From: the human T2T-CHM13v2.0 reference genome, Homo sapiens
DNA: 64,000 nucleotides
NCBI RefSeq assembly: GCF_009914755.1
Contig: NC_060934.1
Direction: 5' to 3' (one strand)
A model generated the notes under the pieces. The model saw only the letters and a list, made by a program, of their open reading frames with translations. It did no database searches and was not told the origin of the DNA. Positions 1 to 17,756 of this stretch are shown piece by piece (the first letter of the stretch is position 1; the number at the start of each line of letters is the position of its first letter). Made by a program: the position numbers and the translations under genes.

Positions 1-2
1 AA

Positions 3-314
3 GGCTGTGCTGGTGGCTCACACCTGTAATCCCAACAGAGCCACTTCAGAAGGCTGAGGTGGGAGGATCCCTTGAGCCCAGGAATTCAAGACCAGCCTGG
101 GCAACATAGTGAGACCTATAACTCTACAAAAAAAAAATTAAAAATTAACAGAGCATGGTGGTGTATGCCTGTGGTCCCAGCTACTTGAGAGGCTGAGGTG
201 GGAGGATTGCTTGAGCCTGAGAGTTAAGGCTGCAGTGAGCTGTGATTGTGCCACTGCATTCTAGCCTGGGTGACAGAGCAAGACCCTGCCTCAAAAAAAA
301 AAAAAAAAAAAAAA
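3..314 (+). mobile_element. Alu (AluJ-like)
   Basis: Dimeric Alu with central A-linker and poly-A tail; J-type features (GAGGATTGCTTGAGCC, AGGCTGCAGTGAGC). Confidence 0.92.
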
Positions 315-2514
315 GGAGGCAGAGGCTCTGCCAAATGAGAGTAAATGATCACTTTCTACCCACTCAGCTTAGAATATCTACATAAATGAAAGCTTTTTAT
401 TTATTTATTTTTGGAGGATCTATTGTTCTGGCCACTAGGGTTGAATAAAGACAAATCATCTTCCACATCTCTTCTCCCAGAGGCCCCACATGTACGTAAG
501 TTACAATTCTCCACTTTGGTGAATACACCCATTTCTAAAACGATGATCCCAAAGGAGGAACTCCTTACCTCCCATATGGCTCTAGGCTGGTGTCCCCAAG
601 ATCACCGAAGACTAATGATATGTGGAAGCAGGAAAGATCACATGCCCTTTCCCAAGAGCAATGTAAGAATTTGGAAAAATCATGTCCTGTTTCCTCCTGT
701 AACTCAAGGAAGCCACTTTCATAATTTACAGCAAAAGCAAAAAAACAAAACCAAGCAACAACAGAAACCTCATGCCTTGAATGCCTATGGAGAGAGGGAG
801 AAGAGTGTGAGTTAGAAGAGACTTCATGCTGGGCTCATGTTGGTTCAGAGGAGGTGATGAAATCATGATTAGATGGCTGCTGGAAACACTGGACTATGAA
901 TTTGCTGAGGGTCCCAGAGAATGGATTTGTTCGCTAAGGGAGAAAAGGGGTAGTAGAAACAAATAAATTCTTGGAGGGTTTCATTCATGTCTGTTCACTT
1001 GCCTGGCTGTATAAGTTAACCAGAACCAAAACCCTTATTGGTGAATCCATGTCTTCAAGGACCCAATCCGTAGACAATAAAAGTGTCCATCCATTTGAAA
1101 AATAAAACGAATAGTGTATAACTAAAAAACACACATGAAAATGATCTACAATGATAAATCTTTGGTAGCCAATAGGCTAAAGACATGTTTAAATTTGTCA
1201 CTATTTATGATATAATTGAGATATGTTTTCTTCCACCCGAAATTAAATTTTGCAATTTAATAGAACTCACTCTGATGAAAAGAACATTTATTCAATAAGA
1301 AAGTTATTTCTTTGCAACATTAATCATCTCAAGCTCATGGTTTCTCCAGAGGGATGATCCCCATTTGCTTTTCCATTTACATTATCTTTAACAGGAAACA
1401 AATGACTTTGCTGGAGTTGTATCCTCACTAATTCTCTAAGATTAGGAACTTAGAAATATGACAGGCTTTATGGCTTCCCCTTGGGCATCATAATCACTAG
1501 TGTAAATGATGACATTTGCTTTGAGTGCAATGAAAACTACATTAATGAAAATGACCAGGCTGAAGTGTTCCCAAATGCTGATGGAATTCAAGGAAAAAGC
1601 CTTATTTGTGAGCTGCTTACATAATTGGAAGATCATGACTGACATTCACTACTGTAACAATGACAGACTCGATTCCAGAATTTCAAATAACACTGTAAGC
1701 GTGTTGAGAAAAATGAATAATCCTTGCACTTTTAGACACAGCTATGCATTAAACATCTTAAAGAATGCTCTTAAATCTATAACTATTTGAAATGATCAAT
1801 CAAGTCTTTGCTCTGGCAAAAGCCATCCATCAAAGTAATTCTTTATACATATCAACAGTCTTAGGTCCCAGTGAAATGTACATTTCCCAGCAGGTGTATT
1901 TCCTCTTTCCTTCATAGCCAAGATGGCAAACAAATGGTGCACAGGTCTCCAAACGCTGGTCCTTCTCCCATGGCCGGCATCACTAATCAATCTTGGCACC
2001 CCTTCTTGCTGAGCCCAGAACAGCTTTTTCGAGATAACACTTCAATGAGCTGCCATTTGGCTGGTGCTCAGGTGAAACCCATTTGCCATTTCTTTCCCAG
2101 AGGGTAGCTCTACATACCTGGTTTAAAAGGTTAGTTACATTCCATATATTCAACTCTCTATAAAATATCTTTGTATTACTGTAAAAAAATATGTTTTTCA
2201 ATATGCTATTAGAAAACCAGATGTGATTTAAACATGGCCATCAACCTTTTACATGACATATATAAAAGGAAAAGTATGATAAAATGGATGATCAGCTTAC
2301 TGGGTTAAAAACTTGAGTTATACTTTTTGTAAATATATTTTTGTATGATAGCGTAAACCAAAAAATACAATCTGTTTTTATCAGTCTCTGAAATAGTGAT
2401 CTGAGAGGAGATGGATTTATCATGTTTTAACACTCCACTTTTGGCCACAGTGGTAGCTATTATAACATCACACACTTCCAAAAGACAATCTCATCTAGGG
2501 AGCTGGGTTTTTTA

Positions 2515-2871
<357 letters not shown>

Positions 2872-4017
2872 TCAGCAAAAGCACAGCTTGTAGGGCCAAG
2901 CTTTGTAATCTCTTTATCCTCAAGTCTATTTTTCACAAAATCTTCCCCAGAGAAGGGTAACTTTCAGCTCTAAACATCCATCACCCCTCAATGCTGTGAT
3001 CATTCTTTTTTTCTTTCGGAACAATTGAATCATAAGACCAAGGTTACTGAAAACTTACTCAGGTGGCAGAGAAATAAACCCAAACATGACTGGAAGATTT
3101 CTCAGCCTCTTTTTCCATCCTTAACCAGGGGAGCACTTACATCATGTGATGTAAAAGAAGCTGGCAGGCGAACAGTCCACCATGCTGCTTGCTCCAACAG
3201 GCATGCCAGGGGAGACATGCTGCTCGGCGGTACCTACTGCATCACTTTCTCCTCTCTCTTCTCTGTTGAATCCCAGGAAACAATGAAATAGACAAGGGAA
3301 GCATGATGTGTTAACTTAAGAAAAAGACTTGTGTAAAATGGAGAGCCAAAAATCTATCATACATACTGGGACGTAAGCCAATCCTTTAGGGTTAAAACAA
3401 AACCCAAGGCTACTTCTCTTCATGTACAGTCTACTTGAGAGCTAAGTGTTTGACTGCTGGGTTCTCCCTGCTCTGCTACACGAGTGGAAAATCACACGGG
3501 AGCAAAGTCCTTGCCTCCTGGCCCTGGGATGGTGCAAAACAGCTGTCAGGTGTAAGGAGTTGCATCTGGGGAAGGATGAGAAATGGGGGTAAGCCTGCCC
3601 ATTCATGCTGTTAGGGGATTTAGCAGGATGTGGCATTTTCTTATCTGCATAATGGGATGATGATCTCTGCAGTGTCTGCTTCCCAGCGCTGAGGGAGAGA
3701 AAGGGGAGTGAGGGTGAAATAACATCATGGATGTTCAAGTGCTTTGTCAGGTAGGGGAGGAGTGCCAGAAGGACTCCAGCACTGTTCGCGTTATTTTATT
3801 AGTAATATTGTCATCCTCATCATCTTACGTCTCTCTGGTATACTTCAGGACATGCAGCTGTATTTTGGGAGAGATGTGTGCAAGATGAAAGAGACTGAGA
3901 TAAAGGGTGAGACTGTCAAACTCACCTTTTAGTTTACTCTCAACTACCACCTGCCTATGGTTTTCAACACGACTCAGCATTCTGAACCAATTGTAGTTTT
4001 TTAATTTTTTAAAAAAA

Positions 4018-4274
4018 CATGGAAAACCAAACATCGTATGTTCTCACTCGTAAGAGGGAGCTAAGCTATGAGGATGCAAAGGCATAAGGATGGCACAACT
4101 GGCTTTGGGGACTCAGGGGGAAAGGGTGGGAAGGGGGTGAGGGATAAAAGACTACCAGTTGGGTACAGTGTGTACTGCTTGGGTGATGGGTGCACCAAAA
4201 TCTCACAAATCACCACTAAAGAACTTACTCATGTAACCAAACACTACCTGTTCCCCAATAACCTATGGAAATAA
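4018..4274 (+). mobile_element. L1PB-like 3' end fragment
   Basis: L1 3'UTR motifs (GTTCTCACTC...GAGCTAAGCTATGAGGATGCAAAGGCATAAG...CACCACTAAAGAACTTACTCATGTAACC); TAATTTTTTAAAAAAA at 4002-4017 and 4275-4290 is a possible TSD. Confidence 0.85.
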
Positions 4275-4294
4275 TAATTTTTTAAAAAAATCTG

Positions 4295-4405
4295 TTTTAA
4301 ACACACAGATGTCCGAGCTTTATCCTGTCTGGATAGGATTCAGTTGTTTAATTTTAAATTCTACCAGTAATTCTGATGCCCTAGCCAGGGCTGAGAACCA
4401 CAGGC
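4295..4405. mobile_element. MER5-like hAT-Charlie DNA transposon fragment
   Basis: Terminal motif GTAATTCTGATG...CCAGGGCTGAGAACCAC. Confidence 0.5.
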
Positions 4406-5826
4406 TCATGGGGATCCAGGCTAGCCCTATCACTCCTGCACTTATCCCAAACCTAAGTTTCTTATCTTCCATGCACAGGCCTGGGTCCATGGGAAATGGT
4501 GCTTTAAGATTCTATTGGCAGAGATGTGCCCACTGCCATAGCTTCTCCTTCCTTACCTTTCCAGAAAAAGCTGGAGACCCAAATAGCATCTCTCCGCCTC
4601 CACCCTACCTCCTCTTGCTCTAATTAATTGTGATGATGAGCTGGAATGAGAGCTACCTGAAGTGAAATGTTGGCTCTGTCTCTCGGCATCTAATGTCTGA
4701 TATAATCACAATATATAGTATAATGGCTAATGAAACACTGAGCAAAATGTATTACACTAAAAGATATAAGCATGCATTTAAAGTAAGTGTCTGGGATTCA
4801 TTTTGCTGAATTCCAGTTCTAAACTCAGCATTAAAAGTACGCGTGGTTTTATTTTATTTATTTCGTTCCAGGTAATGGCTGCATTAGCAAGACATGGATA
4901 CTTTTATTTGTACAAATCTGTTGCTCTTGGGTGAAAATACTTTATTATTTTCAATTGTTTCTCTCAAACTTACCTTGTCATTGGGATGCATAATTTTTGC
5001 AGAGTTAATTCTTATCAGCTCAATTTTACAGCAGGGGTTTTTGAGGCATTATAAACTCGCTCTCCCCAACTCTGGAGTTCATTCTGAATTAAATAAATCT
5101 TTGTCTACCTTTTCTATTAAAATATTCTCGGGTTGGTACAGGTAAGACCATCAGAGTGATTGCTGACATCTGGAATGTTGTTGTTCTTTTCATTTACCCT
5201 AAGTTTTTCAGCACGTTCAGACAGTAATATTTCCCAGCTGGTAAGAGACCCAGCTTCTGAAAGAGGAAAACGCAAGAAACACAGCCTAGCTCCCCAGCTG
5301 CATGTTATTACGTTATTCCCAATTCAGAGGAAATGAACAATCATTTAGTCTTGACAGATACATCTAGAAACTCACTGTCTTCCTTTTCAACCTGAAAATA
5401 AAAAACCAGGGTCCACAGAAGTTAAGCATTTGTCTTAAAGTAAGTTTCACGCCTTTCTGCCAGTGGTATGGGGATCTCTTGTGAAAGCTTTTGAAAACTC
5501 CCTGGGAAAATGCTGCCAACAGGCTTAGAAACCTGGGAGAAAACAAAACAAAAACATAATCCAAAATACTTTCTGCTCATGAAGATATGTAACTTAGTCG
5601 TCCCTTGTGAGCTGGTGAAGGTTAGACATATGTGATGGCATTTGGGGTGTAACCCAAAGGGCCTTTTAAGCAGACTATTCGACTTAACACAAAAGCAAAG
5701 TTGTCAGCAGTGAATTCCCTTCCAAATCAGCTTCGGAATGAACTAAAAGCAATGCTAGGGAGGCTTTTTTCTTATCCCCATTATCCTGATGGATTTGTCC
5801 CTCCATTGAAAATATTTCCATTTTCT

Positions 5827-6315
5827 AATGATCGCCATTCTAACTGGCGTGAGATGGTAACTCATTGTGGTTTTGATTTGCTTTTCTCTAATGACCAGTG
5901 ATGATGAGCTTTTTTTATATGTTTGTTAGCCACATACATGTCTTCTTTTGAGAAGTGTCTGTTCATATCCTTCACCCACTTTTTGATGGGATTGTTTTTT
6001 TCTTGTAAATTTGTTTAAGTTCCTTGTAGGTTCTGGATATTAGACTTTTGTCCGATGGATAGATTGCAAAAATTTTCTCCCATTCTGTAGGTTGCCTGTT
6101 GACTCTGATGGTAGTTTCTTTTGCTGTGCAGAAGCTCTTTAGTTTAATTAGATCCCATTTGTCAATTCTGGCTTTTGTTGCAATTGCTTTTGGTATTTTA
6201 GTCATGAAGTCTTTGCCCATGCTTATGTCCTGAATGGTATGGTACATGTATACCTATGCAACAAACATGCACATTCAGCACATGTATCCCAGAACTTAAA
6301 GTAAAATAAAAAAAA
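5827..6315. mobile_element. L1PA7/8-like fragment with 5' inversion
   Basis: 5827-~6240 is antisense ORF2 C-terminal sequence (ORF 5972-6247, [15 protein letters not shown]); ~6240-6315 is the sense 3'UTR plus A tail; GAAAATATTTCCATTTTCT at 5808-5826 and 6316-6334. Confidence 0.9.
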
Positions 6316-7109
6316 GAAAATATTTCCATTTTCTGAACATAGTTTTCCAAAGTAGAAATGCAATCAATACAAAGTAATACTCCCATTTGCCTTTCAATTT
6401 ACAATTCACAAACCACTTCCAGGGACATAACTCTACTTATTCCTCACCGCTGTCCCATAACAGAGGCTGAACTCCATTTCACCAGTGACGAAATTGGGAC
6501 AGGACGTGGGGAGGCCACTCAGACCGCCTGGAGTCTCAGTTCATAAGTGGGAACGCCCGGACAGACAGACAGCTGCGTCTCCTGACTCCCGGGCCAGTGC
6601 TGTTTAGTCTATCTAGCTGAGGATTTTAAAACATTTACTTCCGCTTAACTCACTTTGTCCCCTATTATGGTCCGTGTGTGTGTCAGTCAGTCTTTATCTC
6701 TGGACCTGAATCAAAGCTACCCCTTCTCCCACCTCCTCCTGTTTCAGAGGGGAAAAAATTAAAGCCTAAATATTGAACACATGTGCTTCTCATCTGGGCA
6801 GCTTAGCAGGATGGGGGAAATCCTCATTGTTGTTGGTCCTGCCTCCCGATGTCTCAGTGTGCCCTTACACCTGGTGCCCCACTACTACCACAGTCTGAGC
6901 CCACCGCACTCAAAGTCAACCTTCCATGGCGTGCCTTCACTCCCATCTTCTTAGCTTCTCAGTGTCTCAGTGGCTCGCTTTACTGGCCTGTGAAAAATCA
7001 ACTTGGGTTTCCATTTAGGATAGATTAGAAGGTGTGCAGGGAGAGACTAGTAGACACCTTTGCGTAAAGACCTGACATCTTCCGCCGTCTCTCCGACTGC
7101 ACTGCTGTG

Positions 7110-8530
7110 GGCAGCCGTGACTCATGGTGAGGTCATGCATTCCCAGGCGAAGTTTATAGGTAACCAGGAGGCTGAGCGATTTGCAGGTGCTCTCCATGCT
7201 GATCATTCTAACTCTAACTCACCTCCACGTTGCACTGGCATCTTTTGAAGTAGAACTTCATGGGGTGAACAGGAAGACTACAACATTTTTATTATAGTTG
7301 GCTTCCTTTGCTGAATTAGCGTTTATACTTTCCCAGTAGAAATCCCCAAATTGAAAATATAGAGGTGTCAGCTAGCACCACTTTAGTTAAGGTTGTGTCA
7401 ACATTTCCTATAAACCTTGTTTTTCTAGGGTTTATAACTAGACCATAAAAATTTGCTCAGCTCTGAAACTTGGCACAGTAAGTAAACCTGGGAGTGAATT
7501 TTGCAGAAATTGAGGAGGGAAAAATAAGTTCAGCTGTTTTTAACATGTGCCTCTGCTAAAATGGAAATGATTTTAAGATTCATTTTCTTTTTGTGTGACT
7601 CAAATGGAGATTCAGCTTAAAAAAATAGTGAACTCAAGCAATTATTTCATTGATACATGCTAATTGCACTTGTTAATTTTTAGAGAAAATGTTAATGATT
7701 GACATATTTGACTCAAAGCCATTGACTGTGCATCCACAGGTACCAGTTTTTGCAAAGCAGTTAGTTAGCTGTGCATAACAATGTGATTTGGCAAATAATC
7801 TGCCCACATTTTAGTGCCGTAAACTAATGCTTTGAAGGAATCCTTCTGATAAAAGGTTAACAGGCTGCTTCAAAATACTAAGTCACTCAGGATCACAACC
7901 CTCTGTTCATCTTGGTCTAATCTGCAGCTCACATTTAACAGACGATTCCCAAAAGCAGCTCCTGTGATGTTTGTATGAAAGAAATGCCCAATCTCTCTGA
8001 CCGTCTACCTTTTCTGGAGGATGTGGTAGGTGCTGCACAGCCCAGCAGCTCACCTATTCCTTTTGTACCACTGGCAAGATATTGGGATGTTGGGTGCAAT
8101 TAGTCAACATGGATGCTTGTAACGCCCTGGCCGGCGTTTGCCAGTCTCGGGCCATGAACTCCGGGATGATGGCAGGCACCAGTGACAGGAGCATTATGGA
8201 AGAGAAGAAAAAAGTGCTGGACTTGAATGGATTTTGCCAACAACCTTGGGCGAGTCAGTCCACCTATCTGGGGACAATGATACTCTGCTAACCTAATAGG
8301 GTTATTGAGAGAATCAACTGAAGTCATTATGCATATCAAAGCACTTTCTAAACTGTAAGGTGCCATCCAAATGAAAGGTGGTGGTACCTGGCTCAGCATC
8401 GGCTTTTCTTTGTAGACACCTACTGAGTGTTGTTAGTAAGGTCATGGTAGCAACGTGTACCCCTTCGGCTGACTCAAGGGGAAAGGCCCTGGGCTTCCCA
8501 GCACTTCAAGCCACAACCGTGTGACTCAAC
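7110..8530. promoter_or_regulatory. Candidate enhancer (AP-1 cluster, HNF1-like site)
   Basis: TGACTCA at 7118, 7596, 7709, 8470 and 8522; GTTAATGATTGAC at 7691-7703; mostly repeat-free. Confidence 0.4.
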
Positions 8531-8907
8531 CCAGCTTTGTTTTTTCTAACTGCAGTTTCCTGCTTCCACTTCTCTGCTTACCTCTTGCTGGTCACTGACC
8601 ACTTTTGGAATGAAGAATGTGCTGGACTCTTGGTGGCTCATTTCCCATGGACATGAACACAGCCCCAGAGGCCACCTTGGTTGTTTGATGTCACCGTTCT
8701 GCCCCTGCTCCCAGCTGTCCCCATCCTGCAACACATCAGGTCCTTTTGCTAGTTGCAGGGTTTCAGTTTTGGGTGCCTTTAGGTTTTCTCTGAGATTGTT
8801 TCCCGCTACACCCCAGGGCTTCTTTCCTTGTTTCCTTATGTTGCACATCTTGGGCATAAGTGAGCTGGATTTATTATGAGAAATTTTCTGGCAGGAATCT
8901 CTCTCTC

Positions 8908-9239
<332 letters not shown>

Positions 9240-9243
9240 TGAG

Positions 9244-9420
9244 CAGGCGTAGCTTCGTGGGCATGTGACCTATGCAGTCACACATGCCCTGGGCTCGGGA
9301 GGGCCCTGCACTTGGTTTAATGCCCTGCTTTTGTCATCTTAAAATTCGCAATCACTTTTAGACAAGGAGCGCCATATTTTCATTTTGCACTGGGCCCTAC
9401 AGATTATGTAACTGGTTTGG
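9244..9420 (+). mobile_element. MER53-like hAT DNA transposon
   Basis: Matches recalled MER53 (GCTTCGTGGGCATGTGACCTATGCAGTCACA...TTTTCATTTTGCACTGGGCCC...ATTATGTA). Confidence 0.75.
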
Positions 9421-9889
9421 CACCCTGTGCCCTGACTCTTCCTAGAGAGCCCCGAAGACCTTAACCTGGGGTATCCTAGGGTTCCTTGCTGAGTGCTAGG
9501 CCCATCTTGAGCAGGATGGGCAAGACTTGAGGTCACCTATCGTGGGCAGTGCAGGGGTTCAGCATGAGCCTTGCTACCCCCGAACCCTGGCTTATGTTTT
9601 CCCGCCAGTCCTGAAGCCCTCACTCCACCCCAACCCACCCCATCCCTGCAGCCTATAGGAGTGGCGTTCTGCCTCCGATTTGCTGAAACAACTCTCTGCT
9701 GGCTTAGCTGGAGCCAGACTCCCTGTCTACCATTTCCAGCCCCTCTCCCAGAAGCCCAGACACTGATGTGGGCATTTGTAGTTCCCATCAGGGTCTTGTT
9801 CCAACATGAATGGAACACTGGATATCTTGGAGCAGCCACAGTCTGGAACTGAGAACCGTCATTTCTGCATCCAGCCTGCTGGAACAAAT

Positions 9890-10800
<911 letters not shown>

Positions 10801-11095
10801 AACCCGGAGAAAAAGGCTCATTCTTGTGGGGTTACGCCGGAGTTTCTGCTCTGCTTTGAAAGCAGTTATCCAGGCTGTTGACTGCCCCCTTGTCACACTT
10901 AGGCGGCCTCTGAGCTGGGTCTCCTCTGGCTCCCGGCCCTATCTCACCTCTTCCTACTTCTTTCTCCCAGCCTCACGGTGTGGATACCTCTGCAGCATTT
11001 GCAGCAAAGTCCACCCAAGCAAGAGCACAATGCTAAGGCCAGGCAGGGTGTCTCCTTGACTAGAGATTTTTTTTTGTAAATAAAAACTTAGGCCA

Positions 11096-11451
11096 GGCCG
11101 TGTGAAGGGCTCGTACCTATAATCCCAGCACTTTGGGAGGCCAAGGTGGGAAGACTGCTTGAGGCCAGGAGTTCAATGCCAGCCTGGGGAACATAGGGAG
11201 ACCCCATTTCTACAAAAAATAAAGTAAAATAAAATTAGCTATACATGGTGGCACATACCTGTAGTCCTAGCTACTTGGGAGGCCAAGGAAGGAGGATAGC
11301 TTGAGTCTGGGAGTTAGGGGCTGCAGTGAGCCATGATTGCACCACTGCACTACTCTAGCCTGGGTGACAGAGTGAGACCTTGTCTTTAAAAGAAAAAAGA
11401 AAAAAAATCAACACTGTAGAAAGGTTTAGAAAAAAAAGAAAAAGAAAAAAA
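11096..11451 (+). mobile_element. Alu (AluJ-like) with bipartite tail
   Basis: Alu dimer, A tract, 22 nt unique sequence, second A tract; AAAAA(C/A)TTAGGCCA at 11082-11095 and 11446-11459. Confidence 0.9.
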
Positions 11452-11976
11452 TTAGGCCAGATTTCCACCTGTGGATTGTTTACATCCACAGCTGGGGGAG
11501 GGTTCCATGCCTTATGCCTCCTTAAGGCCCCTCCAGGCCTGTAATGCTTTCTCCAGCCCCTCACTCTCCGCTGCGGTATGTGGACTATTTGGCTCCCCGA
11601 TAAGCACGAGTTCAAATGAGTCCCCGTGGACGTTAACCCAAGTCAGTAAAACACCTTTGCAGGCAGTAAAAGACGTATCCCTCTGAGGTCAGAAAGCTCT
11701 CTTGGCAAGAAAGCCAAATGAATGGTTTCTTAAAGGGCAAGAAGAACTCTGCTCTCGATGCCATGCCCCAGCCCACTAGGCACACCTGGCCCACAGGTAG
11801 GTTGCAGGTAAGCAGAAAGGCCAGTGTTGTAAAGAAGGCCTGCCTGTCTTCCTTTTGTTCACCTCCAACATCACCTTTTTTTCCTTCCAATATGTCATTG
11901 CACTTGTTAATGGAAATGAAACATTTCACACCAACCCAGATTGGGTCTGGGATCAAGTAAGAAACATTGTGGAAGT

Positions 11977-12277
11977 AGCCAGTCTCAGTGGCTCACGCCT
12001 GTAATTCCACTGCTTTGTGAGGCTGAGGCTGGAAGATCACTTGAGGCCAGGAGTTGGAGACACACTGGGTAATATAGTGAGATCCCATTTCTAAAAATGC
12101 TGTTTTTTTTTTAATTAGCTGGGCATGGTAGCATGCACCTGTAGTCTGAGCTACTTAAGAGGCTTAAGTGGGAGGATTGCTTGAGCCTTGGAGTTTGAGG
12201 TTACAGCGAGCTATGAGTGTACCTCTGCACTCAAGCCTGGGTGACAGAGCGAGACACTGTTTCAAAAAAAAAAAAAA
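11977..12277 (+). mobile_element. Alu (AluJ-like)
   Basis: Dimer and poly-A; ACATTGTG(G/A)AAGT on both flanks. Confidence 0.9.
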
Positions 12278-12411
12278 GACATTGTGAAAGTGCTCTGTAA
12301 ATATGAAAGCACTCTCCAAAGTTAAGATAGTATCATTATCTGGGAAGACAGTCTCCAGCATTCTCCTTTAGTGTTTAGAAATACTGTGTTGAAGGCCGGG
12401 ATATTCCTGCT

Positions 12412-12753
<342 letters not shown>

Positions 12754-13870
12754 TCACTGCCAAGCAGTGTCTGTCACCTGCTTCCAGGGTTGATCCATCT
12801 GTAAATGCAACCACAACCTGAAACTCACCAGTGCTTTTCCTCTGGAAATTACAAAATGCAAATGTAGTTTCCATAGAGATATTTAGGGAGCTATCTTCTG
12901 ATCTCATGGTTTTATTTGTTTGTTTAGAATAACAAGAAAGCCACATTGCTGGATCATCCTGCCCTTCTAGGTCTTTCAGTAATCTTAAATGAGAAACCCT
13001 GTCACAGGTCACTGCAGTGATTTGCAATCATGAATAGGAGCTAATGAATTCCATAGATTAGCAGCAAGTGGGAGAAGGGAGGAAAAACCCCTCTAGTTAA
13101 AACCTGAATCAACAATGTTACAAAATGCCTGCTATGTGAGGTTTGAGGGGGTTTGGTTGCATTATAATGGCTGGCCCACTAATTAGTGTATTTAAAACAT
13201 TTTATAGGAGCAGTTGATTTCTCACCGCCCACACCCGACCCCACCACTATTGATCATGAGGTGCTTTGAGGGGTCCGGGTTTGGAGGACTGAAACACCGT
13301 GGGATCTTGGAACAGCTCTTCCTTGTTGGTGATCCCTTATTAAGAAGCCCTCCAGCCTGACAATGCTGAAGCCCTGGAGGTTGGAGCCACTCAGGTAGGT
13401 ACCAGCCACCTTGCTGTAAAAACCCTAGCGCTATAAGGTGGCCACGTCTTATGAACAGATTAGGAGGCCTGCAGGCTCTCAAAATACCAAGAGGTGAAAA
13501 ACAGGAGTGTTGAAGGAAGCATTGGCCATGCAGCCCCATAGCCCTGGGCTCAGCCCTAGCTCTAGCACATTCTTTTTTTTTTTTTTTTTTAGTTTATAAT
13601 TGGGGCAAGCCAGTAGCTTTAATGAACATTTTCTTTTTTTTTTAATTTTTTTAAATTTTATTATTATTATACTTTAAGTTTTAGGGTACATGTGGACAAT
13701 GTGCAGGTTAGTTACGTATGTATACATGTGCCATGCTGGTGTGCTGCACCCATTAACTCGTCATTTAGCATTAGGTATATCTCCTAATGCTATCCCTCCC
13801 TGCTCCCCCCACCCCACAACAGTCCCCAGAGTGTGATGTTCCCCTTCCTGTGTCCATGTGTTCTCATTGT

Positions 13871-17720
<3,850 letters not shown>

Positions 17721-17756
17721 TTAGTTGATGCAGTTTCTTCCTAGCCTCGATGGTCT

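Noticed and set aside
1506-1790. 94-aa ORF and overlapping frames with protein-like composition
   Set aside because: No recognisable domain or convincing splice boundaries; length is expected by chance.
4974-5087. Possible minus-strand exon ending AAG|GTAAGT
   Set aside because: Weak polypyrimidine tract and stops in all three frames.
4894-5145. 83-aa ORF running to a strong donor at 5141
   Set aside because: The frame is closed by TAA just after the upstream acceptor and has no recognisable homology; kept only as a splice-motif observation.
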